A stretch of DNA of 64,000 nucleotides. Origin: Patescibacteria group bacterium. Its GTDB lineage: Bacteria; Patescibacteriota; Patescibacteriia; 2-01-FULL-39-33. Below the pieces are notes generated by a model. That model searched no databases, had not been told where the DNA came from, and worked only from the letters and a program-made list of their open reading frames with translations. The DNA lies in the NCBI GenBank assembly GCA_041650895.1, contig JBAZKF010000001.1:145685-209684 (forward strand), in the 5' to 3' direction. Shown here piece by piece: positions 47,611-57,873 of the stretch (its first letter is position 1; every line of letters begins with the position of its first letter). The position numbers and the translations under genes were made by a program.

Positions 47611-49050
47611 TTATTGCTGCTTTTTACCGCTAAGGATCCACTCGCACAGTGCTAGAAATCCTAAAAAATAAATTTTAACGTGTTTCGGGCTTCTTAGACG
47701 TTTCACATAATTAAGGATAATCCGCGGACGAAAATAAAATTTACGGAAAAACAAGCGATTAGAAGCTATAAGTTCCTCCCGCGTCAAGCCGAACGGCACG
47801 AAAACCGGCTCCCATTCGTTCATTTTTTTCCAATCCTTATCAAAAGTCCCATACTGGGAATAATTGCCGCTGATTTCCGAACCGGGCAATGGCGTCATTA
47901 GAGTGCAATGGAATTCGTCAATTTTAAGTGACAGCGCAAAATCGATCGTTTCTTTGATCGTCTCGCGGGTTTCCCCGGGATGGCCCATGATAAAAAACGC
48001 GCCCACATCAATTCCTGCCCCCTTAGTCCAGTTGATAGCGCTTCTAATCTGCTCCTTAGTGGTGTTTTTCTTAATTAATTTTAAAATGTTTTCATTGCCT
48101 GATTCCACGCCATACCAAACCTGCCAACAGCCCGCCTCCTTCATTACTTTAAACATTTCCGGCTCAACCATATCAACGCGGGCTAAGGCTGTCCAGACCA
48201 AATCCAATTTTTTTTCTTTCAGCAGTTCGCAAAATTTGTAAAGACGCGGCTTAAAAACCGTAAAATTATCATCGCGAAACTGAATCTCCCTGATGCCGTA
48301 TTTATAATAAAGCAACAAGACCAGCTCCATCATATATTCCGCAGAATGAGCCGACAGGACGTTGCCATAAACGCTTCTAGTGCAGAATGTGCACTGACCA
48401 GGACAACCTCTTGAAGTAACTAAAGTTGAAGCGGGAAATTTTTTAACCGTATGAACCGGCGGAGAATATTTGACTAAATCGGGCAATAAATCAAAAGCCG
48501 GTTGAGGTAAGGCGTCAAGATCAATAATTCTGGCACGCGGCGCTGTAATAATAAATTCATCCGACACATCAGATTTAAAAATCAATCCATTAACCTGTCT
48601 TAACTGATCCTTGCTCAAGCCGTTTTGAGATAATATCGATAATAACTCAACCAAGGTCCTCTCACCCTCGCCGATAATCCCCAAATCGAATTTGGGATAA
48701 AGCTTCAGGGTTTCTTCCGGCGCCGTGCTCAAATGATGGCCGCCGATCAAAGTGATTATGCCAGGTTTGATCTTTTTAATTTCCCGAGCAACCGCCGCCG
48801 CGTTATCAATAGAGATAGTAACTGCCGTAAAACCAACAATGGCGGGATCGGCTGCCAAGACTCGTTCTGTAGTTGCAACGGTGCCCAAATCCATAATTTC
48901 CGCATCAATAATACTAACCTCATGACCCGCCGCCCTGACGGCAGCCGCCAAATATACCAGTCCCAAAGGAATAGACTCTCCCCCGCTTTTGCTTTTTATC
49001 CCATATCTTTCTTCTAAAGTTAATGGGGGTTGGACTAAAATTATTCTCAT
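47611..49050 (-). CDS. B12-binding-domain radical SAM protein, paralog 7
   Basis: MRIILVQPPLT..., LGLVYLAAAV, GGHHLS, TSRGCPGQCTFCTRS. Confidence 0.85.
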   Translation of the reverse strand: MRIILVQPPLTLEERYGIKSKSGGESIPLGLVYLAAAVRAAGHEVSIIDAEIMDLGTVATTERVLAADPAIVGFTAVTISIDNAAAVAREIKKIKPGIITLIGGHHLSTAPEETLKLYPKFDLGIIGEGERTLVELLSILSQNGLSKDQLRQVNGLIFKSDVSDEFIITAPRARIIDLDALPQPAFDLLPDLVKYSPPVHTVKKFPASTLVTSRGCPGQCTFCTRSVYGNVLSAHSAEYMMELVLLLYYKYGIREIQFRDDNFTVFKPRLYKFCELLKEKKLDLVWTALARVDMVEPEMFKVMKEAGCWQVWYGVESGNENILKLIKKNTTKEQIRSAINWTKGAGIDVGAFFIMGHPGETRETIKETIDFALSLKIDEFHCTLMTPLPGSEISGNYSQYGTFDKDWKKMNEWEPVFVPFGLTREELIASNRLFFRKFYFRPRIILNYVKRLRSPKHVKIYFLGFLALCEWILSGKKQQ

Positions 49051-49068
49051 AATAGAAAATACTAAAAA

Positions 49069-49764
49069 TTAAAAACGATATTTAATCAGGGTCCAAATAG
49101 CAATTAAACCGTCGCGAAGTTTTATCTTTTTACCTTCTTCTTGCGAGCGGGGAATATAGGAAATCGGCACTTCATGAATCTTAACGCCCTGCCGAGAAAT
49201 CTTGGCTGTTATTTCCGGACAGAATTCAAAACCCTTGGCTTCAATATTTATCTTATCCAAAACTTGTTTGCTGACCATTTTATAGCAAGTCGCCTCATCT
49301 GTTATGGCAGTGCCGTAAAGAAAATTAGTCAACCAAGTCAGATAGACTCCACCCAAATAATAAAACCAGCCGGCCTTAGGACTTTTCTTTCTGGTCAATC
49401 CTAAACGCCTAGAACCATAAACCGCTTGAGCGCCGCATTCTTCTGCTTCATTTATCAATCTTTTCAGATCATTGGGATTATATTCTAAATCAGCATCCTG
49501 AACGACAGCATAATCGCCGGTTGACACTTTGTAACCGGCAGCTACGGCCGCGCCCTTGCCTTGATTTTCAGGCAGATGGATAATGATATATTTATCCTGA
49601 TAGCGATCAAGCACTTCTCGGGAATTATCGGTGGAACCGTCATTGACTATAATAATTTCTTTGTTAACGCCTAAATCAGCTTCCGACAATTTTTGTAAAA
49701 TAGCCCCGATGGTTTTTGCTTCGTTGTAGGCCGGAATAACAATGGAAAGTTTATTGATTTTCAT
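49069..49764 (-). CDS. GT2 polyprenyl-phosphate sugar synthase (DPM1-like), duplicate-module copy A
   Basis: KLSIVIPAYNEAKTIGAIL...IIIVNDGSTDNS...ENQGKGAAVAAG...QDADLEYNP. 231 aa, clearly paralogous to 57163..57858. Confidence 0.8.
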   Translation of the reverse strand: MKINKLSIVIPAYNEAKTIGAILQKLSEADLGVNKEIIIVNDGSTDNSREVLDRYQDKYIIIHLPENQGKGAAVAAGYKVSTGDYAVVQDADLEYNPNDLKRLINEAEECGAQAVYGSRRLGLTRKKSPKAGWFYYLGGVYLTWLTNFLYGTAITDEATCYKMVSKQVLDKINIEAKGFEFCPEITAKISRQGVKIHEVPISYIPRSQEEGKKIKLRDGLIAIWTLIKYRF

Positions 49765-49768
49765 AATA

Positions 49769-50425
49769 TTATTTCTTTTTGCAAACTAAATAATAACCGC
49801 TAGTTAAAATGCCATTTTCCGGCCGGGAATGCCTGATATCGCCGAACTCACTCTTTATCGGCGAAGGCAGCCAAACCAATAATTTAACTAATAAAAATAA
49901 CGGGATTTTCATTAAGCGACCGCCGAATAAATTGGCTTGAAAACCTATTCTTTGTAATAAAGCGGCCAAAGTATCCTTAGTTGACAACTCATTGCGCAAT
50001 TCGATTATTTCCCAGCCGTCACTAAATAAAAACCTTAGGCCATACTTGGTAAAACGATAGTAATCATTGGGAATATCATGAAGAGGAAAAATAAACCTGG
50101 TAGTCAAAAGCAACACTCCGCCTGATTTCAGGACTCTTTTCATCTCGGCGACGGCTAAGTGAGGCGAATGCAAATGCTCCAGCAATTCAGTACATAAAAT
50201 CAGATCGAATTTATCATCGGTAAAAGGCAACTGATGAGCGTCGCCCACCACATCAACATTAATCCCCGGCCGATGGTCAAAACCGATGCGGTTGGGAAAT
50301 AAACTTTTGTAAGAACCGTCACCACAACCCAAATCAAGCACCAATTTTTCCGTTGACTGGTACTGGGCGATGAAAGCATCGATTTTTTTTCTGGTTATTT
50401 TGGCAGTTAGAAATTCTTTAATCAT
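49769..50425 (-). CDS. Class I SAM-dependent methyltransferase
   Basis: Motif I VLDLGCGDGSY. Motif II FDLILCTELLEHL. Confidence 0.75.
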   Translation of the reverse strand: MIKEFLTAKITRKKIDAFIAQYQSTEKLVLDLGCGDGSYKSLFPNRIGFDHRPGINVDVVGDAHQLPFTDDKFDLILCTELLEHLHSPHLAVAEMKRVLKSGGVLLLTTRFIFPLHDIPNDYYRFTKYGLRFLFSDGWEIIELRNELSTKDTLAALLQRIGFQANLFGGRLMKIPLFLLVKLLVWLPSPIKSEFGDIRHSRPENGILTSGYYLVCKKK

Positions 50426-50434
50426 TTTTGCCGT

Positions 50435-51553
50435 TTATGAATTAATGAAAGAGACGATTTTTTCAGCGCGCTTCTTCCAAGTATATTTTTCCGCATCGCT
50501 CCGGGCGCAACGAGAGATATTCTCGGCTAATTGCCGTTGCGTCAAAGCCCGGTTAATGCCCGCCGCTAAAAGATCAGAATTATCCGGCTCAACTAAAATA
50601 GCATTATTATCATTTAAAATTTCCCTCAAAGAAGGCAAATTAGAAGCGACTATAGGTACGCCACTGGCTAAATATTCAAAAAGTTTAAGCGGTGAAGTAT
50701 AAAATTGCGATATTTTTTCCTGCCCGGAATTAGGCAAAACCAAAACATCAGCGGCCTTCAGATAGAACGGGATTTGCTTATGCGGCTGATGGCCGAGAAT
50801 TAAGACATTAGCGCTATTGACATTTTTTTTCTTAAAAGCTTCAACATCTTCCTTAGTACCGCCGATAAAAACAACCAGGGATTCATTAGACAGATACCGG
50901 GCGGCTTCAGCCAAAACCTGCGCTCCTTTCCAACCATAAAGATGGCCGGTGTAAACAATCAATTTTTTATCCAACGGCAAATTAATTTTTTTCCTGGACT
51001 CCGTGGCGGTAATATTCAGATCAAACTCAGCCAAATCAACGCCATCGGGAGCAATTAATATTTTATCAGCAGCGATTCCGTTGCTGGCCAGAGCGGATTT
51101 AATAAAATCAGTCAGAACAACAATCCGTTGAAAACACCGCCAAAAAAGACGATGATACGATTTGATTGTTGCAGGCAAGGAGTGAAGTTCCAAAAAAGAC
51201 GATTTAAAAAATAAGCCGAACTGTTCTTCGCGTGTATATATAATATCATACTCCCTGAAAGACACGTAGATTCTGCTGGCTAACAAAAAAGTTGCAGTCG
51301 CCAGCCAAAAAGCCAGATTACCAATTGTTTTATCCAAAAAAATCAAATCTAAACAGGGTAATTCGGTAATCTTAAAATTAGCCGGTAAACCGTAATAGTT
51401 GAAGGGATCGGCTTTAAGATTATTAGAACGCCGCGGTACCACCAATTCAACTTGATGACCCAAAACAGAGAAAGTCTCGCACATTTTCATGATTTGCCAG
51501 CCATGAGCCTTCTCGGTCGGTATTCTGATGTTTGCCAAATAAATTATTTTCAT
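50435..51553 (-). CDS. GT4-family glycosyltransferase
   Basis: The start is probably MKIIYLANIRIPTEKAHGWQIMKMCETFSVLGHQVELVVPRR at 51553, a 4-nt overlap with the upstream stop. The C-terminal half is GT-B fold. Confidence 0.75.
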   Translation of the reverse strand: MKIIYLANIRIPTEKAHGWQIMKMCETFSVLGHQVELVVPRRSNNLKADPFNYYGLPANFKITELPCLDLIFLDKTIGNLAFWLATATFLLASRIYVSFREYDIIYTREEQFGLFFKSSFLELHSLPATIKSYHRLFWRCFQRIVVLTDFIKSALASNGIAADKILIAPDGVDLAEFDLNITATESRKKINLPLDKKLIVYTGHLYGWKGAQVLAEAARYLSNESLVVFIGGTKEDVEAFKKKNVNSANVLILGHQPHKQIPFYLKAADVLVLPNSGQEKISQFYTSPLKLFEYLASGVPIVASNLPSLREILNDNNAILVEPDNSDLLAAGINRALTQRQLAENISRCARSDAEKYTWKKRAEKIVSFINS

Positions 51554-53709
51554 TTTTTTGTTTTTACTAAATAACACATTTGATGGCCGAACATATTAGG
51601 CCAAATATCTTTAAGACGAAAACCATTAGACGATTTAAATCTAACAACATCTAGACCCAAATCATTCAGCCAAATCAAAAAATCCTTATGGCTCCAAAAC
51701 CGCAGGTGTTCTGACGGATGTGTCATCCATTGGGTAAAAAATCTTCCTCCAAACATTAAGCCGAAACGATAACGGTAAAAAGCGGAATTAGGAACTGAAA
51801 TTGCCAAATAGTCGGCATTATCTTTTATTTTAGAGATTAAATCCTCGGGATATTTGATGTGTTCCAAAACCTCTGAAATCACAATGTAATCATATCGGTC
51901 GTCCAAATTAAAATCAGCGCTCTCGATATCGGCTTTTACTCCGTCAATGCCGGCTTGCTTTAAGTTATTGATTACTAATCCGGAAATATCCAAACCACTG
52001 ACCCGGCAACCCTTCTTTTCTTTTAATTCATAAGGCAGACGCGAACTGCCACAGCCAAGATCCAGAATTTTAGCTCCGGGCTTAATCCAATCCATAAAAA
52101 TCACTTCCCTTTCCATTAATTTGCTACGCATCTTGAAGCCGCGCTCTGACCAATACTGATCATAATCAAGTTGTTTGGTGATATTTTTGAAATCAGGGCG
52201 ACGCGTACCCTCAAAGAAGAACGATTTCGAGACGCGAGCTATGATTTTGTCAAAATAATACTTAAGCGCGCGCTTGACTTTGAATAATATAAAATCTAAA
52301 CGCTCTTTTTTGTTACCCAACTTAAGCCAGATTTTTGCCAGCTTCAAAAAGTGGGTTAAGCCTCTCTTTTTTACGCCCTCAAATATCTCCTGACGCCAAC
52401 TCTCAAATAATTTTCCCAACTCCTGGGAATCACTGACGCCAGAACGATTGAATTTGTCCTGGCTTTGGAAAAAAGAGAAATTACAATAATCGGAGGTATT
52501 GATACGACCCTTAAAAAAATCATTAAAAAGCTTCGTCCCTGGCAGGGCGGTAAAGATACTGAAAGAATAATGATCAGCTTTGATTTTCTTGGCGAATTCA
52601 AAGGTTTGCCGCATTTCTTCTTTAGTTTCGCCGGGCAGGCCGATCATAAAGCCGGCTTCGCGACGGATGCCGTGTTTCCGGCAAAGTTCCAGGGCTTTTT
52701 CCACATCGGATAATTTTATCCTTTTATTAATGATTTCATCTAAAACGCGCTGATTACCCGATTCAACGCCAAAATCAAGCTGTAAACAGCCACTTTCGGC
52801 CATTAACTTGATGATTTCTTCATTAACCAAATCCACTCGCGATTGAGCCCCCCAATACAGACCGGCTTCCTTCATAATCTGGCAAACCTTCCTAACATGA
52901 TCGTAATTAGCCGTTAAGGTATCATCAGCAAACCAAATTCCTTCAACGCCATATTTATCCCTTAAAAGATAGATTTCTTTTTTGATGTTTTCCAAACTGC
53001 GATAACGCACCTGACGCCCAAAAACCTGATTGCAGGCGCAAAAAGTGCAGCTGTAGGGACAGCCCCGGGAAGCCATAACCATCACCGCTTTCATAGGGAT
53101 GCCTCGGATAATATCGTCCCAGATCTTAGTATAGTAGGTCATATTCACCTTATCATAAGCCGGCAAGCTTAAATCAGTCAGATCCATATACTCCCGCCGT
53201 TCATTGATGACAACTTCATTATTCTGATCCGGCCAGGCGATGCCCTTCACCTTCCTTAGATCGGGCGACTCCTGCTGTAATTCCTTAATTAATTCAAAAG
53301 TAGTTTGTTCGCCTTCGCCGATAATGGCGGCATCAAAGCCGGAATTAACTACGCCAATCGGATCGGCTGTAGCTTGAGGCCCGCCGATAATCGAAAAAAC
53401 TTTGAGTTCTTTTTTAATCCTCTGATTCATTTCCACAGCTTCGGCAATTTCCATGGTCGTGGCAGTAAAACCGATTACTTGCGGCTTAAACTCTAAAACA
53501 GCCTTAATGATCTCCTCCTTGGCTCTTTCACGATTATCGTATTGATAGCCTCTGTCCGCGAATATTTTCCCGTCGATAATCAAATTATCAAAACCATGAT
53601 CCCGCAAATATCCGGAAATATACATCAAACCCAAAGAATAACGATGCTCCTTGAGCCGTTTAGGGGGAAGAATAAAAATCAAATCTTTATCTTGGCTAAT
53701 TTTTATCAT
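51550..53709 (-). CDS. Fusion: B12-binding-domain radical SAM protein (paralog 8) plus a C-terminal class I SAM-dependent methyltransferase domain
   Basis: 719 aa. Residues 1-470 contain IIGGPQAT and ASRGCPYSCTFCACNQ. Residues ~480-719 contain ILDLGCGSSRLPYEL (motif I), GLDIS and DYIVISEVLEHIKYP (motif II). Confidence 0.8.
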   Translation of the reverse strand: MIKISQDKDLIFILPPKRLKEHRYSLGLMYISGYLRDHGFDNLIIDGKIFADRGYQYDNRERAKEEIIKAVLEFKPQVIGFTATTMEIAEAVEMNQRIKKELKVFSIIGGPQATADPIGVVNSGFDAAIIGEGEQTTFELIKELQQESPDLRKVKGIAWPDQNNEVVINERREYMDLTDLSLPAYDKVNMTYYTKIWDDIIRGIPMKAVMVMASRGCPYSCTFCACNQVFGRQVRYRSLENIKKEIYLLRDKYGVEGIWFADDTLTANYDHVRKVCQIMKEAGLYWGAQSRVDLVNEEIIKLMAESGCLQLDFGVESGNQRVLDEIINKRIKLSDVEKALELCRKHGIRREAGFMIGLPGETKEEMRQTFEFAKKIKADHYSFSIFTALPGTKLFNDFFKGRINTSDYCNFSFFQSQDKFNRSGVSDSQELGKLFESWRQEIFEGVKKRGLTHFLKLAKIWLKLGNKKERLDFILFKVKRALKYYFDKIIARVSKSFFFEGTRRPDFKNITKQLDYDQYWSERGFKMRSKLMEREVIFMDWIKPGAKILDLGCGSSRLPYELKEKKGCRVSGLDISGLVINNLKQAGIDGVKADIESADFNLDDRYDYIVISEVLEHIKYPEDLISKIKDNADYLAISVPNSAFYRYRFGLMFGGRFFTQWMTHPSEHLRFWSHKDFLIWLNDLGLDVVRFKSSNGFRLKDIWPNMFGHQMCYLVKTKK

Positions 53710-54775
53710 ATTTGTTTTTGGGGCCTAATAACTCTTCAATAAGACCGCCATCTAACAATTGTTTGACTAAAATTTCCGGCCGGCATAATCGGCAATAAAT
53801 CTCATAACCATTATCGGCGATTTTTTCATAATTTATTCTACCCTCTTTCAGCGCTAAGATTTTAGACGCCAAATCCTGGGCATCGGCCAAACGGCAAAAA
53901 ACCGCATCTTGGCCGTCCGTAAGCAATTCCCTGATAGCCGAAGAATCACCGGTCAAAACCGGCCGCTTGGCCGCTAAGCCCTCATAAACCTTATTAGGGA
54001 TAACTCTTTTAGCTTTATCAGTATGGCCGAATATACCTAGGCAAACATCAGCCTCCGCCAAATAGCCCCTTAAATTATCAATGGACACGGGCTCTATAAA
54101 ATTAACATTACTGACTTTAAGCCGGCTCGCCAAGTCAATTATTTCCCGGTAAGTCTGACCGTGGCCGATAATATTAAATTTGATATTTTCCCCCTCTAGA
54201 ATTTTCGTCGCTTCAATAATATACTCTATGCCCTGTAAAGGAATAAAACTGCCATGAAAATGAACCAAAAAATAATCTTTTTTCTTAGGAGTAATAGGAA
54301 AAATAACCTTATCATCACAACCGACTAAAACCCGATAAAACTTTTTTCTCTCCAACTTTAATTCTTTTACAAAATAGTCAATCTGGGCATTGGTATCCAA
54401 TAAAATTTTATCCGCCAAACGGCAGGATAACCAATCCAATAACCAGTAATACCTTCCTTTAAGGCTTTGCGCTTTAACGATTTTCCTATCTTCAACCATG
54501 GAATCAAAAAAAGAGTAAAAAGCGTCAAAAACAATCGGTTTAACGGTTAAAAGCCTGGCCAAAATCATGGCCTGAAACCCCGGAAAACCAACGATCATAA
54601 TATCATATTTCTTACGGATTGACCAGTGTTTTTTAATTAAATCCCAATACTTCAACGGCCCTTTGACGCTTGTTCGGCATTCAATCACATCAACGCCGTT
54701 TAACTTAAAACCGCCAAGCAAAATCCTATTGCGGCTATAATCAGGATCATAAATTCCGAAATAACAAATAATCAT
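53696..54775 (-). CDS. GT-B fold glycosyltransferase (GT4-like)
   Basis: MIICYFGIYDPDYSRNRILLGGFKLNGVDVIEC is an N-terminus typical of a GT4 subfamily. A Rossmann-like C-terminal half follows, with EGLAAKRPVLTGDSSAIRELL. Confidence 0.55.
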   Translation of the reverse strand: MIICYFGIYDPDYSRNRILLGGFKLNGVDVIECRTSVKGPLKYWDLIKKHWSIRKKYDIMIVGFPGFQAMILARLLTVKPIVFDAFYSFFDSMVEDRKIVKAQSLKGRYYWLLDWLSCRLADKILLDTNAQIDYFVKELKLERKKFYRVLVGCDDKVIFPITPKKKDYFLVHFHGSFIPLQGIEYIIEATKILEGENIKFNIIGHGQTYREIIDLASRLKVSNVNFIEPVSIDNLRGYLAEADVCLGIFGHTDKAKRVIPNKVYEGLAAKRPVLTGDSSAIRELLTDGQDAVFCRLADAQDLASKILALKEGRINYEKIADNGYEIYCRLCRPEILVKQLLDGGLIEELLGPKNKYDKN

Positions 54776-54779
54776 AATA

Positions 54780-55514
54780 TTATAGTTTGCCGAATTTAAT
54801 CATGGCTCTGAATTGAACCGGGCTGACGGCAGAATCGACGGCATTGCGTTTGAGCAACCATCGGTCGCTCTTAGGTCTGACAACGCCCTTAGCCACAGTC
54901 AAAGCCGCCTTAAAGCCGCTAGCTTTCAGTAACCCAATGATTTGCTGGTTATAGCGACCATAGGGATAGGCAAAATAAGACACCGGTTTGCAATATTCCC
55001 GTTCAATGAAGGCTTTGGACTCGATAATTTCCTGCCTAGCCTCAGTCAAACTGATTTTAGTCAGCTTGGCATGGCTGACGGTGTGGGGTTCAAAATCAAT
55101 CAAACCGGAAGCGGCCATCTCCGAAACCTGATCCTTGTCCAACAATGGCAGATCAATAGACGGCAAACCGGTCGCTAAAAAAATCGTAGCGGGAAAATTA
55201 TATTTTTTCAATAAAGGAAAAGCTATGGAATAATTGTCTGTATAACCGTCATCAAAAGTAATGGCGACTGTCCGAGGTGGAATTTTACCTGCCGTAAGAT
55301 AGTCCAATAATGCAGACAAAGAAACAATATTATATCGCTGTTGTTTCAGATAAGCCAACTGAGCTGAAAAATCCTGGGACTCAACGGTGAAAAATCTGCC
55401 ATTATCGCCTACGGAATGATACATCAAAATAACTGCGCGATTAGGCAGGGCGGGGAGAAAGGCCAGTAAGCTAGATAAAATATTTTTTAAAAAAAACTTA
55501 ATTCTCTTCGCCAT
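54780..55514 (-). CDS. Polysaccharide deacetylase (CE4 / NodB homology domain)
   Basis: AVILMYHSVGDNGRFF...VAITFDDGYTDNYSIAFPLLKKYNFPATIFLATG is the NodB motif set. Confidence 0.8.
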   Translation of the reverse strand: MAKRIKFFLKNILSSLLAFLPALPNRAVILMYHSVGDNGRFFTVESQDFSAQLAYLKQQRYNIVSLSALLDYLTAGKIPPRTVAITFDDGYTDNYSIAFPLLKKYNFPATIFLATGLPSIDLPLLDKDQVSEMAASGLIDFEPHTVSHAKLTKISLTEARQEIIESKAFIEREYCKPVSYFAYPYGRYNQQIIGLLKASGFKAALTVAKGVVRPKSDRWLLKRNAVDSAVSPVQFRAMIKFGKL

Positions 55515-56589
55515 AGGCTTTTTTGATATTAACGACTAAATTTTTAATACTATAAGAAGCTACGACAATGCGACGCAACTCAACAGCCATAACCTGCTTC
55601 TCGGATGAATCCAATTCAGACAATTTCTTTATTTTGACCGCCAATTCCCGACTGTCAGCTTTTTCCAATAATAACAAATCTTGGTAGTCGCCCAGGATCA
55701 CGGAAAAAGTTTGATTATAAACTACGGCCGGCACGCCACAGGCCAACGATTCCAAAACCACTTTGTCCAATCCCCCGGTGGGGCACAAGTTAATGCTTAA
55801 ATCGGCTTGCTGATAATAATAAGGCAGGTCCTTATTGGGGATATTGCCTATCCAATCAATATAATCTTCCAGTCGGCGTTTTTTTATTTCCTCTTTCAAT
55901 AAGGCAGCGTATCTCAAACCATCAAGATTCGGCGGTGAGCCGATAAAAGACAAGGTGATATTTTTTATTCCTAATTCATGCACCAAAATATCAACAGCTT
56001 TAATCAATAATAATTGATTTTTTATTTCGCTGATCCGGCCGACGCTGACGATTTGTAATTTATCCTGTCGAGCCGTCGCCCAATCTTTAAGACAGAATTT
56101 ATCAATATCAATGCCATGGCCGACGATTTTCACTTTGGCACTAGCAAGCCGGAAACTTTCGGGCGAGGCGGTAAAAATAATATCAGCCAACAATTCAGCT
56201 AATCTTAATTTAAAATTAACCGCTTTATGCGCATACCAGAGGCCGATAATTTTGCCCTGCAAACGCCAGATCAAACCAGCCAGAATGACATAAACAACAT
56301 TCATGTGAACAAAAACAGCATCATAATCATGGCGAACCAACCATAAATATTTATAAAAACGCCACAAGTAACGCCAACGCGACGGCCTGTCTTCCTTGCC
56401 CAAAGATAAAACCCTGACATTGGCAGGCAAATCATACTTACCTTTATATAGGCAGATAACAGTCACTTGAGAAAAATTATTGGCAAACTCTTTAAGCCAA
56501 TCATGAAAAAATCCCAACAGACCGTCGGCGTCATCCACTTTCTGAGTCAAGATTAATAATTTCAATTTTTTATTTTTTGGCAATGGCAT
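55498..56589 (-). CDS. GT4-family glycosyltransferase
   Basis: ILTQKVDDADGLLGFFHDWLKEF N-terminus. C-terminal ESLACGVPAVVYNQT. Confidence 0.7.
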   Translation of the reverse strand: MPLPKNKKLKLLILTQKVDDADGLLGFFHDWLKEFANNFSQVTVICLYKGKYDLPANVRVLSLGKEDRPSRWRYLWRFYKYLWLVRHDYDAVFVHMNVVYVILAGLIWRLQGKIIGLWYAHKAVNFKLRLAELLADIIFTASPESFRLASAKVKIVGHGIDIDKFCLKDWATARQDKLQIVSVGRISEIKNQLLLIKAVDILVHELGIKNITLSFIGSPPNLDGLRYAALLKEEIKKRRLEDYIDWIGNIPNKDLPYYYQQADLSINLCPTGGLDKVVLESLACGVPAVVYNQTFSVILGDYQDLLLLEKADSRELAVKIKKLSELDSSEKQVMAVELRRIVVASYSIKNLVVNIKKAYGEEN

Positions 56590-57172
56590 ATAAATTCAAA
56601 CCTAATTCGAAGCTGCCGCCGGTGATTTTATCGGCCGCAAAGCCGGTGGCGGAAAACTGTTTAAATAATTCCTGTCGACTATAGAACTGCTGATGCTCAC
56701 CGATCTCATCCGGTGAAACTATTTTAAACGCGGCCAATAACGACAGCAGACCCTTAGTTTTTCCCCAGGGAGTCGTCACTATAAGCAACCCGCCGGGAAC
56801 AAGCGCTCGATAAGATTGAGCCAGAATATTTAAAGCCGCGGTTTCATCCAAATGTTCCAAAACTGCCAGCATGGTTACAACATTAAAACAACTGGGACTG
56901 ACCGGCAAATTATCGCCGGTTTTGAATTCGTATTTTTTTAAGCTAACTCCGTCGATCATTCCTTCGCTGACCGATTTATCCAATCCGACTTTGGCCGAAA
57001 ACTTAACCTGCGCCAAAAAATAAGGATAAGAACCGCAGCCGATATCAAGAATAGCTCCCGACCTTAAATCAGCAGGAATCAACCTGTCAACTTTATTAGC
57101 CCGACGCCGGGCCAAGTATTTCTCTAAGACGCCATACCCCCTGGTAGGAGCGGCGGAACCGGTTATTTCCAT
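56570..57172 (-). CDS. Class I SAM-dependent methyltransferase
   Basis: Motif I ILDIGCGSYPYF. VVTMLAVLEHL. Confidence 0.75.
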   Translation of the reverse strand: MEITGSAAPTRGYGVLEKYLARRRANKVDRLIPADLRSGAILDIGCGSYPYFLAQVKFSAKVGLDKSVSEGMIDGVSLKKYEFKTGDNLPVSPSCFNVVTMLAVLEHLDETAALNILAQSYRALVPGGLLIVTTPWGKTKGLLSLLAAFKIVSPDEIGEHQQFYSRQELFKQFSATGFAADKITGGSFELGLNLYAIAKK

Positions 57173-57858
57173 AAGTTAAACTTAATAATATACCAAATCG
57201 CCGCCAAACCATCTTTCCAGCTTATTTTCTTGCCCTCTTCATAAGTGCGGCCGGCATAAGAAATACCGACTTCATAAATCCGGAATTTACCCCTGGCTAT
57301 CAGGGCGGTAATCTCCGGTTCAACGCCGAATCGATTGGCAGTCAGGCGAGTTTTCAGATAATCAATAACCGGACGATTGAACGCCTTATAGCAAGTCTCC
57401 ATATCTGTTAAGGTCAAATTACTCATAATATTGGAAAAAATAGTCAAAAAAGTATTACCCAGATAATGCCAAAAAAAGAAAACACGGTGAGGTTTGCTGG
57501 TAATGAAACGAGAACCATAAACAACATCAGCCTTGCCGTCAATTATCGGCCCCAATATTTCCTGGTACTCTTGCGGATTGTATTCTAAGTCAGCGTCTTG
57601 AATAATCAATAGATCGCCGGTTGCCACATTAAGGCCACGTTTGATGGCCGAGCCTTTGCCCTCGTTCTTATCCTTTAGAATTACGACGCATTTATCCCGC
57701 GGGCTTGAAATAATATCTCTAGTGCCGTCGGTGGAACCATCATCAATAATAATAATTTCCTTCTCTACGCCGGCAAGCGGCGCTGCCTCCACCTGGCGCA
57801 GTAGTTCCAAGATAGTTTTATGTTCATTATAGACTGGTATGATAACTGACAATTTCAT
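57163..57858 (-). CDS. GT2 polyprenyl-phosphate sugar synthase (DPM1-like), duplicate-module copy B
   Basis: KLSVIIPVYNEHKTILELL...IIIIDDGSTDGT...KNEGKGSAIKRG...QDADLEYNP. 231 aa, paralog of 49069..49764. Confidence 0.8.
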   Translation of the reverse strand: MKLSVIIPVYNEHKTILELLRQVEAAPLAGVEKEIIIIDDGSTDGTRDIISSPRDKCVVILKDKNEGKGSAIKRGLNVATGDLLIIQDADLEYNPQEYQEILGPIIDGKADVVYGSRFITSKPHRVFFFWHYLGNTFLTIFSNIMSNLTLTDMETCYKAFNRPVIDYLKTRLTANRFGVEPEITALIARGKFRIYEVGISYAGRTYEEGKKISWKDGLAAIWYIIKFNLWK

Positions 57859-57873
57859 AAAAATAATTAATAT

